64,000 nt of DNA from IMG/VR virus record IMGVR_UViG_3300037067_016725, positions 32,001 to 96,000 of that record, one strand, 5' to 3'. Below the pieces are notes generated by a model, which searched no databases, had not been told where the DNA came from, and worked only from the letters and a program-made list of their open reading frames with translations. Below are positions 57,501-64,000 of the stretch, piece after piece (within the stretch, counting starts at the first letter, position 1; each line of letters begins with the position of its first letter). The position numbers and the translations under genes were made by a program. This DNA comes from a virus (taxonomy: Duplodnaviria > Caudoviricetes).

Positions 57501-57958
57501 GTATGCCAAGGGTAGCAGGCCCTGACGCCTATCTCTACGATTCGGGATCTTTGGATGCCTATGGTAGCACAACTATCGTTACACCTCCAAAGGCTTATGG
57601 AAAGAACAACAGGATGGCACAGAAGGGTGGAGTCACTGTAGGGTCTGTAGGAAGCAACACTAAGAGAGGGTATTACAACCTCACTATCAAAACTGAAGAT
57701 TTTGTATCTGGTGGTGAGAATATCCTTTCAGAAGTGTGTACCAAGTACCCTGGGTGTGTGACCCTTACCGGCACCCCCTACAAGGTTTTACAGCCTTATC
57801 TATTTAAGGAGTCCCAGACTGGTCGTCTTTACCTGGTTGTCGTGGCGTCTAGCTACACATCAGGTAGCTTACTCGCTCAGACAAGCCCTTATCTAGGGGT
57901 AGATGTTGTAGATGCCTTTGAGCTAAAAGGAAGACCCCTGCTGAGAGGGGATAACTAA
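54587..57958 (+). CDS. Fibre-like virion protein, paralogue of 44916..49115 without the propeller (1123 aa)
   Basis: Shared motifs VNGW, VFLEVWR, ET.RxQxQYRIR, TVDG.SYAIPMF, RPDG, DIxDxR. Confidence 0.7.
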   Translation: MSDTYDTTGLDFQSLTYEDCSWDVSFILKHRPGLSTDITLPGQMASYRGQQDLKAKTASGFFDVGAIRQVPDISAALAASPLSGTILTSESIGTDLSLYMASRDNGCWAVVNGWLINVSSTGASTDTKHNLITLANMEQTAPIPGTNAFVFLEVWRSVVTGLDNEVIKKYGNQGTLLTVPNDIYHDANKMETARRVQVQYRIRTEWVNVNPHQGNMDCFNNAIKAWGASNSGTTLTYSSMASVGDAGLYRAGRGNEADKINLGTVDGYSYAIPMFFVTLREESNYDPTVYSSWKSSRAISSGNSLRPDGKYAGVVYSSDIVDLRHQVVLGKENLKETLNDTFMGIATGKASTTQGRVTDVEGSLTSLDGAVTLKADKVASSSASGGDSICLMGTLKNEVARRSFIPGKSFQQDTVTKLTWISSMAKLDFSGYNSTSVSIRNSGVTGSTFTSSPYFSIYDDNGLVDPTKYTLTKVTSSWVATTAPTSYYLLTLVSGTLTGSSYFKCDLEWDAKGDSGFSDVPTEMLEQRFDDTYRVHVNSVYGNPVMLYGRDTGGTTYLSTNDRIETLSVSYKDVSSFGQVLFLHRTAVSGECYIYLEEGMRLPGTNQIVLGVRSVRRYDTELEDFSGTYSNVSFNIYDSADDVDGYRIRVYGLSTASSTETNDLEISFYLGTKYSLFDRESNGVTETYETLGLPVTQVGTSTSYSFTTDDGTSNNLGDITGVCSVLYGSVSSPVATPYLLTKAPVSGGVISPWQKQDSVKLASIIPSLYPMVLGTSQSKCSPVKVTWDNTEIIGTTSYSIKVLTHKHSWYKVGALSGEILYPVYNTTGYQGMNFTSPLVGDILVEGDAFITTRGTGSSFLEKKVFSGASLSVSSTGVWDFTFAEGVFTHGEITSGDYICITSPSGDDYSNRLDDGLTSMFKVSYVEALGSTGTRVVFENPSSLPASPPGSGVGGYIVKMDTPADGMYGIIARMPRVAGPDAYLYDSGSLDAYGSTTIVTPPKAYGKNNRMAQKGGVTVGSVGSNTKRGYYNLTIKTEDFVSGGENILSEVCTKYPGCVTLTGTPYKVLQPYLFKESQTGRLYLVVVASSYTSGSLLAQTSPYLGVDVVDAFELKGRPLLRGDN

Positions 57959-58788
57959 TGAGCCTCTTTGAGGGACTTACCTTCGAGCAGAAACTGATTC
58001 TAATAGCAGAAATGCTGTTAGCAGTTTCTGTCCTTATTGTTGTTATCAATTACTTCTTTGGAAAAAAGAAACTAAACCTGAAACTGTCCAAGGGTCAGGT
58101 CTCTTATTCCCAGGAAGCACCCCTGACTCAGGAAGCTCTTAAGGATACCTCTACGGGGGTATTCTTTTTCACCCTAGAAACAGTAGCAATGATGACTCAG
58201 ATTAAGACCAAGCTGATATTACATGATCAGATGACTTATCTTGAGGAACGATTGCTGTTCATAAAGAACTCAGTTCTAGACTCTTATCGAAGAGTCTATA
58301 GAGAGAAAGGCCCTATAAAGGATATAGATGATTTTTCAGCTAAAGAATATACCCTCTATAAGAGTCTCGTGGAGTTGATGAAGGAAGATCTTAAGAGTAA
58401 CATAAGGGTTCTTTTTATGAGGAACCATTTTGCTTCATATGACGATAAAGAGCTGTCTATCTACCTTCAAGAGAAAGGGTCCTGGCTGATCACTAAGATG
58501 ACAGATTTCCTTAGGGATTTGTATCCTTCGGAAAAGATGACAATACCTTTCTCGGACATTGAAAAATCTATTGGTTTTTGCAGGAAGGAGATAGAAGAAT
58601 ACCTTCTCTCTATCTTTAAGAGGGCAGCTCAGATTTACAATGACAGGCATTCCCAGATAGTTTCTCTGGAAACAGGGTTACGGGACAAGATAAAAGAAAC
58701 ATATGGAATAGATATTGATGACCGAGGAATAAGGTCATTCTCAAAAATTTTGAAGGAAGGGGAACCAAACTATGAACGCCGGTCCTGA
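57958..58788 (+). CDS. Single-pass membrane protein (276 aa)
   Basis: Hydrophobic LILIAEMLLAVSVLIVVINYFF followed by GKKK. Confidence 0.65.
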   Translation: MSLFEGLTFEQKLILIAEMLLAVSVLIVVINYFFGKKKLNLKLSKGQVSYSQEAPLTQEALKDTSTGVFFFTLETVAMMTQIKTKLILHDQMTYLEERLLFIKNSVLDSYRRVYREKGPIKDIDDFSAKEYTLYKSLVELMKEDLKSNIRVLFMRNHFASYDDKELSIYLQEKGSWLITKMTDFLRDLYPSEKMTIPFSDIEKSIGFCRKEIEEYLLSIFKRAAQIYNDRHSQIVSLETGLRDKIKETYGIDIDDRGIRSFSKILKEGEPNYERRS

Positions 58789-59704
58789 ATCTAAGAATGT
58801 TTTGACAGAGATGCCTAGCAGTACTGATAACAATGCCTATGCTATTGTATACTTGACTGCTAAGCATGGGACAAGCAATACCACTGCCTTTGACTACGGC
58901 AAGGGTATGGAAATGACTGCCACCGCAGAGGATCTACTGAAAGGTTCTTTCTCTAAGAAAGGTGATAACATGCAGTGGGAAGCCCTCTTCTGGAAATTTG
59001 CTATAGGTGGGATAACCTGCCTGGTAAAAATCTTGATAGACAGCAAAACTCGAAAAGCGGGTGCCACTACCTTTATCTTACCCAAGGAACCTGTTAAATT
59101 TCCGAATGGGGGAGTCCTCGATAGCAAGTACTTGGAAAAGCTTCCCTCTTACCCGTTCAACAACAATGGTCTTCGTCCTTTTGACGAGCTGGAGAGAGAT
59201 GGCCAGCTCGCTATTATTGATGTATCCGACAACAATGGGGTGGATACTAAATCCAAGGAAGTCCAGGAGCATATGATGGTCTCGGATGGGGTTTCTGGGT
59301 TTATGGATGGGGAAGGAGCCGACTTTGGGAAGTACCCTAACGTAAGGTATCTCGGGGTGAATGACCTACTTACCCGCCCGGATGGGATGGCAGATATGGC
59401 TGCCTCTAAAAAGGTATCCGAGATTCTCAAAAATGCGACTAAGGAGGCCCCAGCCACTCCAGCCACAGCCCCTACGCCGGCTCCCGAAGAAGATAAGGAC
59501 AAAAGGTTTGCAGCTGGGATGGCCTTAACGGATTTGGAGGACACTGACAGTGCTCTGTCCAAGATCAAGACTAACCTGGAAAAGATAGAGCCCACAGCCG
59601 TCAAGTTATTTGGAGAGGCTTCTAGCAAGACAGCTTCCTTACATAAGGTTGTAATGGACTTTTATGTCAAGAAAGCCAGTACTTTAACGAAAAAATTGCC
59701 TTAA
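58772..59704 (+). CDS. Hypothetical protein (310 aa) with K-x-A-S motifs
   Basis: ORF; KTAS, KKAS, PATPATAP linker. Confidence 0.6.
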   Translation: MNAGPESKNVLTEMPSSTDNNAYAIVYLTAKHGTSNTTAFDYGKGMEMTATAEDLLKGSFSKKGDNMQWEALFWKFAIGGITCLVKILIDSKTRKAGATTFILPKEPVKFPNGGVLDSKYLEKLPSYPFNNNGLRPFDELERDGQLAIIDVSDNNGVDTKSKEVQEHMMVSDGVSGFMDGEGADFGKYPNVRYLGVNDLLTRPDGMADMAASKKVSEILKNATKEAPATPATAPTPAPEEDKDKRFAAGMALTDLEDTDSALSKIKTNLEKIEPTAVKLFGEASSKTASLHKVVMDFYVKKASTLTKKLP

Positions 59705-59728
59705 AAAATAAAGACTCATTGCGTATTT
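59701..59728 (+). promoter_or_regulatory. Putative early/middle promoter TTAAAAAA-N11-TGCGTA
   Basis: Same two boxes with identical spacing at 61546-61570. Confidence 0.45.
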
Positions 59729-59734
59729 CTATAT

Positions 59735-59766
59735 GCCTCTTCCTCTCCTAGGGGGAGAGGCTTTTT
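59735..59766 (+). terminator. Rho-independent terminator closing the structural module
   Basis: GCCTCTTCCTC/GGGGGAGAGGC stem followed by TTTTT. Confidence 0.7.
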
Positions 59767-59780
59767 AATGAAGGTATCGT

Positions 59781-61526
59781 ATGGCTCCTAGACCTAAAAA
59801 ACCGCATGTTTATCCCATCCCCTCGAACTACGACCAAATTAAGAAGGTCCGGCAGTCCACATCCGTAACCTTGAATACCAACAAGTACGTGAAGGAGACC
59901 ACGGTACCACGGCCTTACCAGACGGTGGGTATCCTTAATATCCTTCTCCTAAAGTACTTTATCTTAGGGGATGATCCTGGTCTAGGTAAGACCCTACAGA
60001 CCTTGGTGGCTTACGCTATAGCGAAGTCCCAGAATCCCAATCTCCAGCTTATGGTGTTCACCACCAAGTCCGCTAAAAAGCAATGGGGTAGGGAAGTTAC
60101 AAAATTTCTGCAAGGAATTTCCTTCCATGTTCTGTCCAACAACTATCGTTCATCTAAACAGAAGAAGTCCTTCACTGGATTGAAGGCTAGGGATGTCCAG
60201 TATGAAGAGCACCTAGGCACAGACATTCTGATCAGTGGTTACTACCCTTTGATGGTGGAGCCCCACAAGCTTAGAAACAGCAGGAATGCTGACCTTATGG
60301 TAGTGTTTGATGAATGTCAAATGCTTAAGAATCAGAAGTCCAAGACACATGTTGGTGCTGAGATTTTTATTGAGAATGTGTCCAGTGTCTATGGCCTGAC
60401 AGCGACCCCTATTAAAAACCGTTTGCTGGAGTTCTACTACATCTTCCGAATAATCATGCCGAAGCTTCTCCCTCTGGTGACACACTTCAAGCTGGAGTTC
60501 TGTGACGAGGAGTTCAAGTTCATTCCTCAAAAAGGAAAAGACAATAAGCCTAAGATGATTAAAGAGGTAGTGGGTTATAAGAACCTGGATCATTTCCGGG
60601 AGATAATTGCCCCTTACTTTTTCCGTCGAGCAGCGGATGACGTGGGGTCTGATTTGCCTGCTATCATGTCAAGGAAGGTTACCTTTGATATGTCCCCTGC
60701 ACAGAGCAAGCTATATAGGGAAGCTCTTACTGGGGTAGTGTATGAGCGCAAGGTAAGGCAAAGATACCTGGAGTTTAAGGAGAAGGTAGACGGAGGAGTT
60801 GTACTCCCACCCAAGACCCAGGAACTCTTTGACGCTCTGGAAGGTAAATACGAGGAAATTCTCTCGGGGGATTTTCTAAAGAAGAACAAGAGCTCAGCTC
60901 TAGCTTATTGCCAGCTCATTGCCAATGGCCCTAAGTGGCTAGGGGTGGATGAAGATGGGGAGTCCACCAAAGAGGAAGCCTTTGAAGATCTCCTAGAAGG
61001 GGAACTTGACGGGCAGAAGGTAATTGTGTATACCCGATTCAAATCCGGTATCCCTCGACTGATGAAGATCGCGGAAAAGCTGGGAATCAAGTATACCCGT
61101 GTAACCGGCGATGAGAACGACAAGCAGCGCGATACTGCTATGGAGGTATTCCAGGACCCTGATAGTGGGGTGGACATCATCTTTATTACCGATGCAGGAT
61201 CAGCAGCTATCAATCTGCAGATCTCAGGTATCCTGGTACTGTTCGACTGTCCCTGGACTTGGGGTGACCTTGTTCAGCTTATTGGTAGAGCTCGTCGCCT
61301 GGGTTCCACCCATGAGTTCGTTCGTATCTATCACATGGTTTCCCTGGGTACCATAGATGAAAGGGTACTAGCAGTTCAGGGTGGTAAGAAGGAACTTGTA
61401 AATCAAACAGTGGGTAAACAGGCCAAGGGAATTCTGGAGTTTGATGGGGAGGATGCTGTAGCCCCTATTGGTATCAATGACCCCCGCAGTGAGATTGAGA
61501 TACTTTTCGAGGATATTTTTAGCTGA
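59781..61526 (+). CDS. SNF2-family (SF2) helicase/ATPase
   Basis: GDDPGLGKT, DECQ, LTATPIKN, KVIVYTRF, AGSAAINLQ, QLIGRARRLG, TIDERV. Confidence 0.92.
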   Translation: MAPRPKKPHVYPIPSNYDQIKKVRQSTSVTLNTNKYVKETTVPRPYQTVGILNILLLKYFILGDDPGLGKTLQTLVAYAIAKSQNPNLQLMVFTTKSAKKQWGREVTKFLQGISFHVLSNNYRSSKQKKSFTGLKARDVQYEEHLGTDILISGYYPLMVEPHKLRNSRNADLMVVFDECQMLKNQKSKTHVGAEIFIENVSSVYGLTATPIKNRLLEFYYIFRIIMPKLLPLVTHFKLEFCDEEFKFIPQKGKDNKPKMIKEVVGYKNLDHFREIIAPYFFRRAADDVGSDLPAIMSRKVTFDMSPAQSKLYREALTGVVYERKVRQRYLEFKEKVDGGVVLPPKTQELFDALEGKYEEILSGDFLKKNKSSALAYCQLIANGPKWLGVDEDGESTKEEAFEDLLEGELDGQKVIVYTRFKSGIPRLMKIAEKLGIKYTRVTGDENDKQRDTAMEVFQDPDSGVDIIFITDAGSAAINLQISGILVLFDCPWTWGDLVQLIGRARRLGSTHEFVRIYHMVSLGTIDERVLAVQGGKKELVNQTVGKQAKGILEFDGEDAVAPIGINDPRSEIEILFEDIFS

Positions 61527-61545
61527 TTGTTTCCTGTGTTCCTGG

Positions 61546-61573
61546 TTAAAAAAGGGGAGATCCCTGCGTAATT
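61546..61573 (+). promoter_or_regulatory. Putative early/middle promoter TTAAAAAA-N11-TGCGTA
   Basis: Second copy, upstream of the loader-like gene. Confidence 0.45.
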
Positions 61574-61592
61574 AGTAATACGGAGAAACATC

Positions 61593-62345
61593 GTGCAGCT
61601 AACACCCGTAGACATTGAAAAGAACAGCACCGTCCAGAAGTGTCCCATCTGTAATGGAAGGGGCACTATCTTGGAGCAGGGGGAGTTTAGAATCCCCACA
61701 AAGAACCCGAGCAGAACACGGGGTTTTACCCAGGCAAGGCTTTGCATTTGCCGTAAGAATGAGATAGTGGAGAATAGCTCTTCCTATTTCAACCCCAACA
61801 GCACCCGTAAGGTGTCTGTTACAGACGCAGTAAAAGCGGCTTCCAAATGCAAGTACAACACAAACATCATCTTCAAAGGGGATGTCCTGAAGGTGTTGGA
61901 CTTCATTAAAGCTGTGTTTGTCTTTCACAGGCAGGATAGCTTGCTCCATTTCCAGATTGCAAATGGGTTAGAGTTCCTGCAGAACTACTATGTAGAACAG
62001 AAGGACGGGGCTTCTCGTACCCTGAATGACATCATAAACAACAGGGATCTTCTGGTTATCCTGGCCAACACCCGAACACCTAATCAGGCTTTGGCGGGGA
62101 CTACCATGCAAATTGTGCAGGGTAGGATGATGGCAGGAAAAGGGACCTGGATATATCTTCCTGATGATTTCACAGCCTGTACAGAATACTCCAAGGAGTT
62201 GATGGCATTGATAGACACTTGGAGAGTTGTGGACTACTCCAAGAAGGCATCTGTAAATAAGAGCAACCTGACTGCTTCTATTGCTGCTGCAACATCTGAT
62301 CAGATAAAGCCAGTATTAGTCAATCCGAACGAAGGCCAAGGTTAG
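61593..62345 (+). CDS. DnaC/DnaI-like helicase loader with Zn motif and degenerate AAA+ domain
   Basis: CPICNGRG...CIC; RDLLVIL and GRMMAGKGTWI resemble DnaC segments; directly upstream of DnaB. Confidence 0.55.
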   Translation: MQLTPVDIEKNSTVQKCPICNGRGTILEQGEFRIPTKNPSRTRGFTQARLCICRKNEIVENSSSYFNPNSTRKVSVTDAVKAASKCKYNTNIIFKGDVLKVLDFIKAVFVFHRQDSLLHFQIANGLEFLQNYYVEQKDGASRTLNDIINNRDLLVILANTRTPNQALAGTTMQIVQGRMMAGKGTWIYLPDDFTACTEYSKELMALIDTWRVVDYSKKASVNKSNLTASIAAATSDQIKPVLVNPNEGQG

Positions 62346-62346
62346 C

Positions 62347-63855
62347 ATGCTTGAGAGAGCTTTTAGATCTATTATTGACATCCCTCTCAATGGCAGGATG
62401 ACCATTGATAAGGAAGAACTTCTAGAGAACTTCCGTTCTTTTCAGAAGTCCCATGTCCGTTGCGAAGAGGAAGCATATAAGAAGCTCTACTATCGGATTC
62501 TGGATCATTTTAAGCGGTATGTAGAATTACCCTGCTTTGACCTTTTGAAGGAGCACTTCTCTAACGAGCCAGGATGCGAAGATGTTCTGGTAACCCTAGA
62601 GGGCATTGAGGCAGAAAAGCCCTATATCGGTGGTAACTACAAATCCATCTTGAAGGAGATTAAGTCCAAACAAGATTTGGAGGCTCTTCAAGAAGCCCTC
62701 AATGAGGCTAATGAGATTGCCATAAAGGGTAGAAAAGTAGGTAAGACACAGATGAAGGGTGTCGAGCAGGCTATTGACTACTTCTCTATAAAGTCTAAGG
62801 AGATCCGTGCAAAGAACATGGATTTCAAGACGGAGCTGCAGGCATTGGACTCCAGAGAAATCCAGGAGGCAAAGGACAGGTATGATCACAGGAAGAACAA
62901 CCAGATCGAATCCCTAGGCATATACACGGGTCTTGAACAGATTGACAAGGCGCTGAATGGTCTTAAGCACACTGAGCTGATGATTGTTGCTGCCTATACC
63001 GCCCAGGGCAAGACAACCTTTTCGATTAATATGCTATACCAGGCCATTCTGTGTGGATGGAACTCAGCATTGTTCACCTTGGAAATGACTGTTGAAGAAA
63101 TGCAAGACATGCTTTATGTTCTTCATACAACAAACTATGAAGTGTGGGGGAATCCCGATAAACCTCACTATCATAAGTACCTTCAGTATGTTGGCCAGGT
63201 AGAGTATAACGACGTTCGTGAAGGACGCCTTACCCCTGAGCTGGAAGAGTTTTACAAAGCTGCTATGGATGACTTGGACAGTGAAGAAGAGTATGGAAGA
63301 CTCTACATTGTTCAGCCCGCAGAAAAAACTTTTACTGTGGATGACATTAATATCAAGTGCCTTGAAATTAATTCTGACCTGAAGACTAAGGATAAGGTGC
63401 TGGAGTTTTGCGTCATTGACTACCTTAGGCTGTTGGGTGTTCCCGGTAAATCTCAGGGTGAACGTGAAGATCTGAACCAGAAAATTATAGGCATCAAAAG
63501 ACTTTTCCTTACCTTCAATAATGGTCAAGGATTGAGGGGTGTTTCTCCTCATCAGATCAAGCGTGAAGGTTATGTAAGGGCTATGGCAAATGGTGGCTTC
63601 TATATGCTTTCAGATCTTTCCGATTCCTCGGAAATCGAAAAGTCAGGAGATGTGGTAATCACCTTGTTTATGGATGATGCCATGAGGAAATCGGGCTTGT
63701 TCAAGATATGTAATCTGAAGGCCAGACGTAATGACCTATTTGATCCGTTCGAGGCTTGTGCCAACCTAGCGGCCAAGAGAATATATACAAGGGCAGACAT
63801 CAAGAAGTCCGATTTAATCCTGGATAGCAAAACTACCTTGGAACTGGGTGGCTGA
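62347..63855 (+). CDS. dnaB: DnaB-like replicative helicase
   Basis: GIYTGLEQIDKALNGL, Walker A AYTAQGKT, FTLEM, Walker B VIDYL, HQIKREG, SSEIEKSGDVV, KARR. Confidence 0.92.
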   Translation: MLERAFRSIIDIPLNGRMTIDKEELLENFRSFQKSHVRCEEEAYKKLYYRILDHFKRYVELPCFDLLKEHFSNEPGCEDVLVTLEGIEAEKPYIGGNYKSILKEIKSKQDLEALQEALNEANEIAIKGRKVGKTQMKGVEQAIDYFSIKSKEIRAKNMDFKTELQALDSREIQEAKDRYDHRKNNQIESLGIYTGLEQIDKALNGLKHTELMIVAAYTAQGKTTFSINMLYQAILCGWNSALFTLEMTVEEMQDMLYVLHTTNYEVWGNPDKPHYHKYLQYVGQVEYNDVREGRLTPELEEFYKAAMDDLDSEEEYGRLYIVQPAEKTFTVDDINIKCLEINSDLKTKDKVLEFCVIDYLRLLGVPGKSQGEREDLNQKIIGIKRLFLTFNNGQGLRGVSPHQIKREGYVRAMANGGFYMLSDLSDSSEIEKSGDVVITLFMDDAMRKSGLFKICNLKARRNDLFDPFEACANLAAKRIYTRADIKKSDLILDSKTTLELGG

Positions 63856-63860
63856 TAGCT

Positions 63861-64000
63861 ATGAAAGACCCTAAGGTAGTGCGAGAACTGATCAATGAGA
63901 ATGTATCCCTTCATGACATCCTGGAAAGTGTAGATGTACACCTTCGCCAGGTCTTAAGGCCTGAGCAAATGAGCTGCCCCTTTCATGGGGCAGACACTAG
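63861..64000 (+). CDS. DNA primase CHC2 zinc-finger N-terminus (3' truncated)
   Basis: Translation MKDPKVVRELINENVSLHDILES...SCPFHGADT; follows DnaB. Confidence 0.75.
   Translation, partial: MKDPKVVRELINENVSLHDILESVDVHLRQVLRPEQMSCPFHGADT

Larger units (their letters stand above)
1..64000 (+). mobile_element. Large contractile-tailed bacteriophage genome segment (virion morphogenesis module plus start of replication module)
   Basis: Co-oriented, tightly packed sheath/tube/tape measure/baseplate genes followed by SNF2, DnaB and a primase Zn finger; no host housekeeping genes or integrase seen. Confidence 0.93.

Noticed and set aside
44916-57958. Diversity-generating retroelement or invertible fibre cassette
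   Set aside because: No reverse transcriptase or invertase, and no near-identical DNA repeats noticed; similarity is only at diverged protein level
14399-59704. Bacterial eCIS/T6SS/tailocin locus rather than a phage
   Set aside because: Neck-like genes and a linked SNF2-DnaB-primase block are present; no T6SS membrane complex or host genes
868-63941. Numerous minus-strand and nested ORFs in the track (e.g. 16526..17443, 17471..18103, 20885..21427, 31217..31741)
   Set aside because: All are shadows of long + strand genes, with no recognisable motifs
1-64000. Stop-codon reassignment as seen in some large phages
   Set aside because: Coding density is near complete under the standard code, and TAA, TAG and TGA all end genes at sensible boundaries

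Overview
The window is a 64-kb segment of a large myovirus-type (jumbo-like) bacteriophage genome. It is almost fully coding, uses the standard genetic code, and all credible genes are on the + strand. Gene order: a 5'-truncated GT2/GT4 glycosyltransferase; head/neck and accessory virion genes; a three-gene unit ending in an MreB/MamK-like actin ATPase; tail terminator, FmdB-like Zn ribbon, tail sheath, tube, two chaperones and tape measure; a large baseplate block (tube initiators, one fused to an SLT lytic transglycosylase, hub, spike, gp25-, gp6/J- and gp7-like wedges, two paralogous fibre-like proteins); then the start of a replication block (SNF2 helicase, degenerate DnaC-like loader, DnaB, CHC2 primase finger). 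Most notable: (1) an actin-like gene with a candidate adaptor inside the virion module, bracketed by its own putative promoter and terminator; (2) an 8-copy intergenic motif ATAATYTNCTAAT (putative late promoter), twice embedded in terminator hairpins that have mutually exclusive alternative folds; (3) a second bipartite motif before replication genes; (4) multibranch structured leaders; (5) a recurrent [KR]-x-A motif in candidate protease-processed head proteins; (6) small beta modules reused across many virion proteins. All functional calls come from motif recognition and gene order; no searches were run.
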